A stretch of DNA of 64,000 bases from NCBI GenBank assembly GCA_000708835.1, contig DF237171.1, positions 62,001 to 126,000 of the forward strand. The letters run 5' to 3'. Every line of letters begins with the position of its first letter. The first letter of the stretch is position 1. A program made the position numbers and the translations under genes. The stretch comes from Klebsormidium nitens. Its lineage: Eukaryota > Plantae > Klebsormidiophyceae. A model generated the notes under the pieces. It saw only the letters and a program-made list of their open reading frames with translations. It ran no database searches and was not told the DNA's origin. Shown in pieces: positions 16,688 through 29,525 of this stretch.

Positions 16688-17662
16688 CCTGCAGCGAAAG
16701 GGCGACAAACGGCAGCTGGCTTCTGTTCTTGTTTGTGGCACTTGCCCAGCTCATGGGCGTCCCCCTTCAATTGTCACACATGCATTGTAATTTGTTGTAA
16801 TCCTCATGGTGCAAATTCCGCGCGGAGTGCATGCGCTTATATGCGAAACTTTCGCGAGAACCTATGCATGACAGCCTGAGCAGTTCGGAACGTAGTAGCG
16901 GTATACCTAGCTGGCACCGCGCGCGCCTCGTTGTGCACAGCCGATCGTGGCGTATGAAGTCGATTATGACTGCATTATATTGTGCTTTTTCAGTTTCTCA
17001 ATGAGGAGCAAAGATCAGTGCTACAGCTGCAGCGCCTAGGTCACGTGCATCATTCACGTGGGAACAACACGCACACCTTTCCCGAGTCCTGGAGCACACA
17101 TGCTCATGCCAATGGCATTGTGCACATGTCTCGAAAAGATTTGTGCGCGGGCAATATCTACCATACTAAACCTTTTGGACAACAATCAACCTGCGGAGCC
17201 CTCAACAATATTCGACCGCACACATGAAGGTGCTGGCCCGGCAACAAGCGAGCAAGATGGCTCCGGCTAGTTATCCGGGTGTAGAGGTGTCAGAATAGCT
17301 TGTGCAAACGGCCTGGCAAGCACTCGATCAGAGTAAGTGAGCTTGTACGTACTGCGAGGTCGACTCTCGCGATATATGAGACACGCAGGTCAATACCTCA
17401 ACCCATGATGACTTGCTTGGCTAAAGCACGCCGGCGCAATGACCGTGATACATGGATTGAATTAGCACAGTTTTGCATAAGCCTCTTAATTGTCACGCAA
17501 CTGTACGTGACTCTTTCCCAAGTGGTTTATCTAGCCTTCTGCCTAAAAGCTTGACGTGCAAAGCGGACTACAAAGTAAGTTATCTACATCTATGTACCGG
17601 CCTGTTACGGTCGTTAACCAACATCAATTAGCGTGCTGACCAGCTACCTTGACGGTCGAAGC

Positions 17663-20600
17663 TTACGTGGGGACAGCTCCCGTGAATGCCATCCGCGGCG
17701 TGAAAGCAACAATAGGTTCGCCGCACACGGGAGACGCAAAGCGGCCCTGGGAGTGTACCAGCTGACCCCGGACAAACGTGTGCTCGACTTTGCCGGTCAC
17801 TTGCATGCCCTCGTAGGGTGTCAACTGCACGCGGAAACAGACTCTCTTGTTAAGTCTTTGTAAATTGAGCTCTTTAGATTTTGTACCGAAAGTTGTGCCC
17901 TGATTGATAAGTGCAAGGAATTTGTTTCCGTGGCGTCCTCCCCATGCCCAGAGAGCACAAACCCTTAGGCAGCAACACCGCACAGAAGCCCAGAAACCTT
18001 CCGATTCGGTGTGTGAATTCGCAAGAGACCGGCACAGCGGTAGGACAGAGGATGCGAACAACGTCATCCAGGGAAGCATGCTCGGGCAAATCCAACTGTG
18101 TGTAGTGCAGGAGCGAGGAAACCTATGACTTGATTGTGGACCCGAGGTTCACCTTGTTCTTGAACTGGATGGTGTCCTTGGATATGGTGTGCACTGCTTC
18201 CGGGTCCCAGATCACGAAGTCGGCGTCCTTGCCCGCCTCGATGGAGCCCTGCGCACATCGAAACAGACGTATCCATCTGTGCTCCTGTTTTCGACAAACG
18301 CACTATTCCAAACTTTGCCACTAGCAGAAACGGACCTCAAATGCTGAGGTCCGTTTCAGTTGCTTCGTGTCGACGTTTCACTTCATATTGATGACGCAAA
18401 CTTGGCAGTGGGCTCTGTCTTACTTTCGCGAGGTTCCAAACGGGTAGGCTTGAGGCTTGATTCATCCGTTCAAGGCTCATGTCTACCTCGTGTTCGCCGT
18501 AAAAGGGGCGCCGCTCAGACAAAAGGCTACTTGTGAATCTTTCGAGGCCATCACCCGGTTCTCAGCACAACGTCAGGCTCAGGTACGAGATAGCACACGA
18601 GTAAGGTATTTGCAGCCCGTCACAGGGAAACGAGGTTCCGAATCGTTAGGGAATCTGCTAACGGTCAGCAGCGGCAACTTGCGAGGACGAAAAGCCTAGA
18701 AAGGAGAGTTTCACCTATCGGCAGATCAAAGGCGGAGTCCTCTTTGAAGCATCGCACAAAGAAGCCTTGACTCAGATCTGGTGTCTGTGTCATACTTTCT
18801 TGGTACTGAAGCAGGTGTCGGAAACTTCCAGGAGGCGGTCCTTGTCGAGGAAAAGTACTCGATACCACAACGATACTAGATACTATATACAGAAGATCCA
18901 AACACGCAGTAAAACGGGTAGAGATTCCAAAAAGAACCACATCGAAGGACAAAGCAGGATGTGAATACTACACACTTACAAACAGAGACACAACGTAAAG
19001 AAAGCGAATGAAAGCACCGGAAACGATCCTGCGAAGACACAAGCAGCAACGATCGAGGCTTGCAAAAACAGGTTCAGTACCCCTTCCGTCGCATCCGCCA
19101 GCGGGTTCCCTTCTTCAAGCAGTTCGGAGAAGAGGGCTGGCCGGACAGGAAGAGAGGAATTTGAAGCGGCCGAAGATCAAAAGCAGGTGGTTATTGATCA
19201 CTACGAAAGCAAAGCGGAAGTCTCCAGGATGCACGCGAATTGGTGCACCTGAAATGCGTCCCGCTCACTTTGTTCTTCAGCTGGGCCAGCTCCGCGGGCT
19301 TCGTGCTCCACCACCGCGCAATGTCCTCAAGGGTCGCGCCCCGCTCCTTCGCACGCGTCCACGTGGCAGGCAGCCCGAACTGTACGGTGAACGAGAATCT
19401 TAATCAGATAGCGACAGCACGTCCAACGGCTTCAGGTTAACAAGGCGATTTTCTTCGGCTAACGGATCGAATTAGAAACAGCAACTCACTGTGGAGTCTA
19501 CACGACAGGAGAAGAGGATGCGGCAATCGGTGCAGCGCACTTCCACTATCAGAACAATCGAGAGACTGACCGCTAACTCTACCGTTTTCCGTACAACTTC
19601 GTTCGCGAACGCGATTAAAGGGGTTGTTCAACGGGCACGACTTAGTTTTGAGTAGGAAATCGGCGATGTGTAGCTGAGGAAAGCCGAAGGAGACGACGTA
19701 AGAACCAACGAAACGCCGGTGCCAGAAGAAAATCCAATCAGACGCTGCAGATGTCGCTTGAGCGGCCAGGATACAGATCCAATCTTTTCTTTTCAGAGAA
19801 AAGAGAAGTATGAAGACAACTGTGAAAGAAAAGAGGGACTGATTCTGCTGAAGCGCTGCAATGGATACACTTGACGGTCAAAGGCAGTAGAACTAGACAT
19901 GTTACCCAAAATGTCTCCTGGCGTACCTGCGTCGATGCGACGCCCCCCCAGGCCCTCAGAAAGTCGCCCTCCTCGAGCAGCTTCATCTCGGGGGGCGACG
20001 GCGAGTGGTCCGATGACAGCAGGTCGATTTGCCCGCTCAGCAGCCCCTCCCATAGCTTATCGCGGTTCGCCCGCCCTCTGATGGGCGGCGCACACTTATA
20101 CTCGGTCCGGTTGTTACCAATCTCCTCGGCAGCGAAGCTGATGTAGTGGGTGCAGGTTTCGACGGTCAGCTTCGTGCCGGACGCACGGGCAGCGGTGATG
20201 AGCGGCAAGCTGTCCGCGTCTGACAGGTGGACCACGTGGATGTGGGCACGTGCCGACTCGGGGCTCGACCGAGCAGCGTCAATGAGCGCACTGATGGCCG
20301 CACGCTCCCTGTAAAACGAGCGAGTCCGTCAAGTTTGTGGAAGGTGGTAGGAGCGTTATTGAACGAGTAAAGGACCAACGGAAGACAGACAGATTAAGAC
20401 GGCAACTTTCTACGCAATCAAAGAGCACGAGCAAAGAACCAAAGAAGCGGACGAATGCAGAGCACTGGTGTCGGCGAAAGGAGATTGGACAGATTTGAAT
20501 CAAGGAAGCCTTGGTAGAAAGAAGCGCGTTTTCCATTTCGACCGAGCGAAAGACAATACCCACTGTGACGGGCTGAATCTCTGGTTCATTAGCAGCGCGA

Positions 20601-23600
20601 GAAATAACCTTGACAAGCGTGGACTGCCGCAAAGGCCTCTATGTGCACCTGCAAGAGATACATCAAGAGACGAGATATGAGCACGCACCACTCGGGCGGC
20701 CGCGATTTGAGGTACGTTTCGTACACCTGCGGTGCGCCGGACAGCTCTTCGGACAGCGGCTGCGGCAGCTCCGAGTGCACCAGCAGGGGCAGCCCGTACC
20801 GGCCCAGCAGCGGCAACGCGGCCTGGCGAGTGCCACGTGGCAAGAGATGAGCGGACAGACAAAAAGGCATTGCTGGTTTGCGAGGTCCTTGACAACCGTC
20901 TTCACAACACGTTCTCAACTCCTGAGGAGAGACTCAAAGTTCCATGCGAGTCGCTCTGCGGCGCAGTGAGTAGCACCGTCTCCAATGGGTAGGGGCGTTG
21001 TTATCGACACGACCCAAGCAGACGAGGGCATTTCACAACAGACAAGCGACCGGCAATTGGACCCCGGCTTTCCGTAACTAGAAACGGGTTCTCTACTTTA
21101 AGCCCCACATTCAAGGCAGCGTCGTTCAGGAGATCCATTGGCTACCGCAACGTAGAGGAAGGCATTTCCAGAGCTTTGGACTTTTAAACGGATGCTCTTC
21201 AGAAGATGACAAGCAGGTGCAAGAATCTGCAAACGCATTCCGGCGGCTCAGTGCGCCCTTCTAACCCCGTTGCACGTGTTGAGAACGCTGCCTACCTTGA
21301 TGTGGTCGATGCTGGTCTGCGGGAAGTCGCTGCCCGACGGACACATGAACGACTGCGAGGCGAGCGGCAACTTTAATGAAACGTAAGACGCGATGGGTAT
21401 TAGCGTGGAAGCGGGCACGCAGACCAAGCGTCTGGCAGAACAGCGTCTTGACACACGCTCGGCGATACAACCGAGTTCAATTTGACGTAATGTTCAGAAG
21501 TTTCAAAGAATAGCTTCCTGGTTGGATGTGAAACCCAGGCTTGCTGCCGCTCTCCCCTCTCCCTTTACTTCCTCGCATCGGGTGTGGAAAAGCTCCTTTT
21601 GCTGGCGCTCTCAGACCAGGAAAGTTGCTAGGAACCTCCTTAAGCCGTCACTGTGTGGTCCCTCTTTAACGTACTTTCTTCACGATAATCAGCATAATTG
21701 CGCGTGAGGTAGGTTCCACGAACCAAGGCGCCTTTCTTAAGGCACCAGGATATGTATCTGATAAGAGATTACCGTACTGATGAATCTAGGAATGCTCCCA
21801 TCAATCTAGTGCTTGAGAAGACTTTCACGAAGCCTGATTTGTTAAGTGCGACCAGGAGCAGACTTTTTCTAAATTACAATTTTACTGCCTAAGAAAGACG
21901 AGGAACGTTGTGGCGATATTTGCAAACAGATTAACCAGAGCAAGGCGCGCACCTTGAGGCCGAGCACCCCTGCATCGAGCAGCTCTTGGAGCGCCGTTGT
22001 GTTGCCGCCGTTCTCTGGAGTAAGCCCCCCCCAGAAGCCTGGCAGCGCACAAGGTGCAGGTCAGCATGCATAAGATTTTCATAAACGAACTTTCTCCTCC
22101 ATTACATGTAACTTGCAGGAGTGACATTCACGGCTTCTTTGCTTTTACTCCTTGAGTATTGTTTGTTCTCCTTGAGGATTGTTTGTTCTCCTTCCGGGAA
22201 GCAAAGGCGGCTTGCCGGTGCGGGTTGAAGCATTGTGGTGCCCAAATCGGTCCGGCACGAGGGCACTGTCGGCTTACTCTGCGAGTGCAGGACAACTTCA
22301 GAAACAAGAAGTACTGCAAAGAGGCAGGTAACGGGTCGAGAAGGGGCACAGGACCTCACCCACGTCAATGGCAAGCTTGCCCTTCGATGCTTTCAGCTGC
22401 ACAGAGTCGTCACGCTGATGTCAACTTCACATGCATGGGAAGGTTGAAAGACAGACGCTCGACCATTTCACAGGCGAGTTCCCCATCAATTGTGGGGGTC
22501 GAACAATATTTGCAACACGAAGCACGAAGCACGAGAGTGCTCGAAGGTGCGGTTGGCGTTGCTCAGGTACCAACGAATTCATGTTTCATGCATCCCCACG
22601 GCGTCTACCATATATGGGGGGCGGTTTAAGGCATGCTGCCCGTGCAAGCTAAAGTCAGGCTTTGGAAAAACGGACGAAATAGTAAGCACAGCATGCCGAG
22701 CGTGGATTGCGCCTGGCAATCGAAGTTGGGAAAAGAGAAAGTGCCCACGAGAAGGTTGTACAGAATGCGAAAGCAGTGTGTCAGAAAGCGAAGCATAATT
22801 TTTCGTGGCTACTGACTGTCGACCTAGGACTCCAGAAGGAGTCGAGACATGAAAAGAACGAGCCCAACCAAAGCAGCAACCCGAACCGACTCTGCGTCTG
22901 GAGACACATGCTGCACCTGCTCAAGAGGCCATTGGCCCTCGATTCTCAAAAACACGCTGTTCCTCTAAGCACCGAACTGCGAGCTTTAAGAAGCATGACA
23001 TTTCGAGAACAACATGACTTAAAAGTATTGGCTGCAGCCCTGTACAGTGATTGATAGAAGCTCAGGTCATGGGGTCTCCGGATGCGCTCACTTTCGCCTG
23101 CAGGAACTCTGGGGTCGTGGTGGTAGGGATGCTGTTGAGGGGCATGTCCACCACTGTAGTGAAACCCCCTGCAGCAGACAAAAGGTTGCAAAAAACGTCA
23201 GACAACTCCAAGTCTACTTGATTATTACAACCTGCACGATGAACGAGTACTCGGAAACATCCGGATCTTGTATGATCATTTAGCCCCAGTCCTTCACTCT
23301 AGGTTCTTCTTAAATGCACTCAGGCACGCAAGAATCTGCAAAGGCTTTGCCTTCTGAGCTCTCATCTCACCAGCGGCGGCGGCCCTCGTCCCTGTTGCCA
23401 GGCCCTCCCAGTGCGTCCGCCCCGGCTCGCTCATGTGCATGTGCCTGCAGTCAATAGCGATTGTGTTGGCGCAGATTCTAACGTGCTTCCGTCACGAATA
23501 CTTCCACTGCCTAGCCTGCCGCTCTGATGACAAAAGTTCAGCTGAGTCACTGGGGAGGGTACTGCAGAGTCTGAGGGCAGAGGCAACCAGCTTGGAACCG

Positions 23601-24927
23601 GGCACCATTTTCAAACTCTGTTGTGCGTTTGCAATTGCCAGCGTTGCAAACCAGATCAAAACTGCCCTAATGTCTTCCAAAACTTCACAGCTGCTAGCTT
23701 TCACATCAACATCATCAAGACAGGCTTTCACTTCATTTTGGAAATCCTTCACACCTTCAAGAGCAGAACAGCAAGCGGCCCCTCCTGTAGCAGACCTAGT
23801 ATCTTCTTGAGGAACCTTCGGCTAAAGGGTCTGTCTGGATGCAAGCCGCTAAGCAAGAAGCAGCCGCAGCATGCAATTGGAGGGCCGTAGACTCACACAT
23901 CGACGAGTCCTGGCATGATGACGGAGGTGCCATAGTCGAGCACAGGATGCCGGCCACCGGGGGGCTTTCTCGAACTCGGCGCAACCCATTGGATCACACC
24001 TCTCCGCACATGCACTGCAGGCAGGAAAGAACTGTCTACTCACGATGCACTGAACACTGAAGCACTCCACACTCCATTGATGTGACGTAAGCTGATCCAT
24101 CTAGGAAGGATTTGAGTGCTTGCCTACAAAGGTGGATTCATGGAAGCATGGGCGACTTTTCCTCAAGCTTAAAATAAGGCTTGATTGAGGCCCAGACCCA
24201 ATGTGGTGGCACCTGGTGCCAGACATTCGCAACCCGTTTCCCATGCAGTTACTAGCTTGCTTTTGCAGACGGAGCGAAACCAGCATCAAGATCTTTCCAA
24301 CATGAATAGGACGCAAACGCGAAGATTTACAGGACTACAGTGGTGTTTGGGGTGCAATGAGGGTCTATTCTCACCCGCTGCAGGAACGACACCATCGGGC
24401 GTCACAACCCGCTGGCTATACAGCGTGAACTCCTCCGCATTGAGCAGTCCACAGCGCTGCACATTTGAAAGAACAAAGTGAACGCTGCACATATTAGATA
24501 TCAGAAGGCGCAACGTCACGACAGACATGTGAAATTTGAGTCCTTGCACCGATTTACGCTCAGAAATTTGTCACAACCACATTCGTAGATAGAAAACGAA
24601 TAATCAGGTGCCAACCTGGCACTGCAGACATCAGCAAGCGGCCATTGGCAGCACCACTGGGCGGCGGGCTCTATTATAGCATGCAGACACCACCAAACAG
24701 ATTGCAAAGAGGCCAGAAATAGGAATTCCCTGATTGAAAGACCAGGTTTGTGAAATGCTGCAAACAGAGAACTTCCACGCTGCCTCAACCGCATCACGAC
24801 TTGCCTGTCTGTCAGCGTACCATGCCTGAAACCAGCCACCGGTATCTGCATTCTCGGGTAGCTGGAAGAACGCCCAAGCAGCTGCTGCAATCAGGATGGG
24901 CACGGCAGAGCTGCCTAGGAACTTCAT
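17663..24927 (-). CDS. ALN: Allantoinase (amidohydrolase) with an N-terminal hydrophobic signal/anchor, about 512 aa
   Basis: Thirteen exons: 24927-24805, 24456-24375, 24014-23897, 23444-23371, 23168-23092, 22396-22360, 22038-21953, 21352-21296, 20822-20689, 20308-19927, 19379-19269, 18248-18153, 17824-17663. Motifs PGLVDVHMH, GGFTTVVDMPLN, GFWGG, GLKSFMCPS, LLVHSE, HVVHLS, VETCTHY, KCAPPIR, SSDHSP, WGG, GKDADFVIWDP and TFVRG. Confidence 0.95.
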
Positions 24928-25435
24928 GGCTGGACTTGTGATCAGGGGGGACGGGCTCCAGCAAACAACTACCTAGGACGATCGCACTGCAAATGTGCAA
25001 ATTGCAATATCAATAGGTATACCTACCGACAGTCGATGTCAGCAAAGCGAATCAGGTACGAGTCCGTACGACGTACGTCACGTAGGCGAAGGGATCATCT
25101 GAATGCGGTAGATGTCATCACCTCTGCCACGACGACGAAGTTGAAGGCCTCTGACCGGTAGTCCCTATCCGAATCGCCGGGCGTGGCGTTTCTGGTCGTG
25201 TGGATTTTTGATTCCGGAGACACGTACCGTACCAGTAGAAGGCCCCGGGGTAGAACATGTTTGTATAAATTCGAATAGCTCACGGGCCCGGGGCCCCCTT
25301 GCCCACCCGGTTAGGTTTCCATCCGGGCAGTCGTGGTAGTGTGGGCCCTGAGCTCAGGCACGCAGCACGGCGGTAGTTTCACCGGCAGGGACGTGACAAC
25401 ACAGGAATCCGAGAACACTCGGCTCCAGAGATCGC

Positions 25436-25796
25436 GGCGAAATGCAAACCCGTAATGCACTAACCCTAATTCAAAATGCACTAATTGGCGCAATTCGGCG
25501 AAATTGGCGAAATACAAGGGCATTCGGCTTGCCGCTTATGCTGCAAGATACCTTTTCCTTATATCAATTTCCGGAGCGCAATATGCAGATTCTCAGAAGT
25601 CAATTCCCTGAGCTAAGCCCGCGATATCGACTGCTCTCGGTCTGATTTTGACCAACTTTGGTCTCAAAGCTGCTCACTTATGTGCATATAAGCGAATTAT
25701 TTTGAGAATTGCGCCGGGTTGGCGAAATAGGGGCTCTGGGCGAAATATTGGCGAAATCCGGCGCAACCCCAATTGGCGCAATCAATTAGGTTGTGC
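25436..25796. mobile_element. Possible non-autonomous (MITE-like) element or motif cluster with 10 copies of GGCG(A/C)AA
   Basis: GGCGAAAT at 25436, 25497, 25506, 25721, 25739 and 25750; GGCGCAA at 25487, 25760, 25775 and (reverse) 25709. A 12-bp direct repeat aattggcgcaat at 25483 and 25771. Gapped terminal inverted match gcactaaccctaatt (25457-25471) / aattaggttgtgc (25784-25796). No clear TSD. Confidence 0.4.
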
Positions 25797-26082
25797 TACG
25801 ATCTCTGCTCGGCTCTACAAATGGTACCAGCCCATGTGCCTCGGTAGGTAGGCGCCCAGGCCCAGGGACTCCGAACTTTGAAGTCCGAACTCGGATCTGC
25901 ACTCTGCATGTGGCTTTTCCGGACTTTCATAAATCTGGTGCCAGGTGCCTCCTTTCAACAAATTTTGTGGGGGAACATTCCTTCAGGTTCTCCTGAAGAA
26001 CCTCCGTCCGAAAGGCACAGCGTCGCAGCATTGTGTCCACTGCCAAGAGGGCATCTCGAGCAGTCATCCCCCGGGGCTCAAG

Positions 26083-29000
26083 ATGGGACCTTTTCTGCGG
26101 AGCTCTCTCGTCCTCTTCCTGGCGGTCTTGTTGCTCGCTGTGTCCCCAGCGCCTGCCGCTGCCTCCTCGCGCCACCTCCATCGGCATCTCGAATCTTTGA
26201 ATGGCCCCGACGAGCATGACTTTTTCTTCAGCAACGCCAGCCAGCTGAATCCCAACGTGACCGCCAACCTCATCGGCGGCTGCTGGTACAAGCCCATCAA
26301 CTTCACCAAGTACCAAGACCAGGTGGAGAACCTTGTCGCGTCCTTCTACCAGAAACTGCTCAACGGGACGCTCCTCCCAGGGGGCGGTAACGTGACAGTT
26401 GTGCGCCTGCCGGACGGGAGCCTGTCCATCATCAACGGGAATGTCACCGTGTCTCCCACGGGCCAACTTATTATCGACGGGAATGTGACCACCACGGGGG
26501 TTTTCAACGGGACGCTCAGGCTCAACCAAACCCTGCCGAACATAACGAGCCTTGTCACCTCAATCTTCCAGCAAGCTGCAAATCTTGCAGGGAACAACAG
26601 CACTCTGGGGTCGTTGATCGGAGGGAACAGTAGCACGCTGGGGTCGTTGGTTGGCGGGATTCTTGGGAACCTTCCCCCTGTTCCGGGTTTGAACACCACA
26701 ATCGGCGAGCTTCCGTCCATCGAGTTCAGCCCCAGTATGCTGAGCAACGCAACCCAGCTTCTCAGCTACAGCCCCGTGACTCCTGACGCCATCCTGGCGT
26801 ACCTACGGAATCTCACGGCAGCGACACTGGCCGCCATTGACCCCGGCCTCCTGGCAGGAGCAGGTATGATGAAGTCCGAGTGTTTGGGTAGAATCTGCGT
26901 TTTCTGGTCGGAAGTGGACGTTAGGCGGCATTGTTGATTTTGTGTGGGGCTGAACATGTGAAGAAGCTGAAAAGGAACCTTGCTTATCTTCTGCAACACA
27001 AGAAAAGGTTTCTACTCGGTGAACACGGGACAGCCAATCTTGCTTTTAGGACACTTTTGCTTGTTTTAACACAGCCTGCGGAAATGGTTCTTGTCTCAGC
27101 AACGCTCGGGCAGTGCCCAGAACAAGTCTTTCACATTCGACAAGCTCTGTGACTGGTGACCCTGTTTTTGGGGGTTTCTTGGGCTTCACTTCTTGCTAAA
27201 AAGAGGTGCCTTGGCTTGTGCTTAGTTCAGTTTCTATTAGCCTGGCTGCCTTTTGTCAGGGTTCAGTGCGGGATTTCCTCTGGACGTAGCAGCTTTTCTC
27301 CAGGTTCGGTGTTTGTTTGACTGCGTGTCATCATCCCTTCCTCAGCATTGTGTATGCTTGCTAGCAATTCACTTGCGTCGCCACATCATCCTGCAGTTGT
27401 TTTCACGTCCTGGTGAATTGCTCTACCCAGAAGAAAAGCGGCGCCACTTTAGAGCATATCTTGTCAGGCTGACAACTTATCCCTGTGGTGTTGCTCAGCG
27501 GTTTTCATAGCAATCTGCATCTGATGGTACTGCAATCCCAACTTCTCTTGTAAGAACTGCCCATAAATGCAGCTCCGGAGGTTGCTCTTCTGGCTCGCAA
27601 TACTTTTGCGAGTACTTTTCTGGACAACACATGGTGACATGCAGATTTGGCAGCACTCCTGGCAGGGGGGGAGTCCCCTGGCTGTAACAGCCTTGTCCAA
27701 AGAACTACACGCTATCAGTCACATCTCAAGACAAAGCAAAGCCCAATTGTCATTGGAGCTTTTTTGTTCTGAATCTGACAATCTCCCATCTTTGTGTTAA
27801 GAGGCTGTAACTTTGTAGGTTTGTTTTTTTGAGAAATTATTTCTTCTTTCTATGTTGTCAGTTTCCCTATTGCCATCTTCTTCAGGATGCAAAACCTCGC
27901 ATGTGGTTCAAGATAGGTTTGTCCAGCATTCGCTCATCACTTCCCTGCAGATAACGGCCCTCTCAACCGCGCTACCCCCGTAGCGGCAACCCCCATCCCC
28001 ACAGCCGGACCTGGGGTCAACCAATCCCTACCGGGATTCCCCGACATCAAGGTCTACTTTTTTGTGATTGTGGCAAGGTCAACCGACAACGACGTCACAC
28101 AGACCATGCTCGTCAACCAGATTGCAAGGATGAATGCTGACTACGGGGCCTCCGGTTATCCCTCACGTTTTGTCCTTGCGGGGGCGGTCAGAATTGTGAA
28201 CCCACTGTGGGTCGACAGGGATGTGGACACAGAGGAGCGAATTTTCAACGAGATGAAGTTCCAGACTAGGATAGGAGGCCCACAGGTACGTAATGTGGTC
28301 AAGCTCTTGGAAGTTTTATCAAAGTTCATCATTTGCTGTCGCCTCTTGTGAATTGGTATGCCCTTTGCATGGTATGCCCTTTGCATGGTATGCCGAGGCC
28401 CCTTCTTTCCTTGCCTTAACTAAGGACCTGTTCGCTTATGGCCCTTAATCTTCTGCTTGTCTGTTATGCACGCTGGTATCTGTGATCTGGCATACCGCTT
28501 CTCCAATTGGATGGAAAGTGCATCGAAATGCTTATCTGCTTCTAGACGTGCCGGGTGGTTAAAAAGTGAGGTTCACAAAAAAGTTTGCTGCATCTTGGTA
28601 CCGGATGTAGACCCACCCTCAATACCCAGAATCCTAAATGTCCTTCCCTCCCTTTCCAGGAGTTCAACGTATGGATTACCACCTTCTCCGACTCTGGCCT
28701 GAACGGGTATGCCACTTTCCCGTGGGACTACCAGGACGACCCCAGGATTGACGGCGTTGTGATCAGCAAGTACACGCTGCCCATGGACAGGAGCAACCGC
28801 AACTACCAGGCGCTGCGCAGCGTGGGCATCACGCTCACGCACGAGACGGGGCACTGGCTGGGCCTCTTCCACACGTTCCAGGTGAGCGCTCCGCAAGCAG
28901 TAGCAGAAGGGCAGGGGGTGGCAAGCGGTATGCCTTTTGTTGACCACGTTGCCTGGACAACAAGCTTTCTCAGTAAAATCAGCGTCGTGCGACTATGTTT

Positions 29001-29525
29001 TCCAACCTACGAAGTTGGTCGAGTACATGGCCTAGGCTTGCAAATTTGAGGTCGAGTATATGGCCTAGGATTGCAATTTGAAGCCCCAGCTTTCTATTGA
29101 CTTTGGTGCTGCTTCTCATCCCCCTTGATAGAGTGGTGGCACACCCGTCCTTGCCTGCATGCACGTAGCTGCCGCTGCAGTTGCCCCGAACAGCTTCGCT
29201 TCCTGGAAACGCCCCCCTCGTCAGCAGTACTTCAACCGACGCTTAAGATGCCCCAGAACATTGCTGACGTGGTTCTTTTCCCGTGCAGGGCGGGTGCACC
29301 GGTAGCGGCGACTTTGTGTCGGACACTCAGGCGGAGGGGACGCCCAACGACTACAGCGACCCCGCGTGCACCAGGATGAAGTACTCGTGCCCGGCAGGGA
29401 GCAGGGCACCCCCCGACCCGATCTTCAACTTCATGGACTACGGGGCGTGCAGGCGCACATTCACGACCGGCCAGGTCGCAAGGGCGAAGCAGTACTGGAC
29501 GTACTACCGGTACAACCAGGGTTAA
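26083..29525 (+). CDS. Secreted M43-family zinc metalloprotease (ulilysin/pappalysin-like metzincin), about 524 aa, with a long Asn/Gly/Thr-rich N-terminal region
   Basis: Exons 26083-26863, 27951-28285, 28660-28881, 29289-29525; in frame. Signal peptide MGPFLRSSLVLFLAVLLLAVSPAPAAA, zinc motif HETGHWLGLFH (HExxHxxGxxH), LNGYATFPW, DGVVI, GDFVSDT and Met-turn NFMDY. Confidence 0.92.
26590..26655 (+). repeat. In-frame 33-bp tandem duplication in M43 exon 1 (GNNSTLGSLIG / GNSSTLGSLVG)
   Basis: gggaacaacagcactctggggtcgttgatcgga followed by gggaacagtagcacgctggggtcgttggttggc. Confidence 0.8.
28354..28394. repeat. 16-bp tandem repeat, about 2.5 copies, in M43 intron 2
   Basis: tggtatgccctttgca twice, then tggtatgcc; copies are identical. 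Confidence 0.9.
29017..29081. repeat. 33-bp imperfect tandem duplication in M43 intron 3
   Basis: ggtcgagtacatggcctaggcttgcaaatttga / ggtcgagtatatggcctaggattgcaatttga. Confidence 0.85.

Noticed and set aside
21219-23342. Exact 15-mer gcaagaatctgcaaa in two allantoinase introns
   Set aside because: About two such matches are expected by chance in 64 kb.
28411-28420. U12-type branch-like ccttaac in M43 intron 2
   Set aside because: The donor is a normal GTACGT and the acceptor is about 240 nt away; all assembled introns are U2-type.
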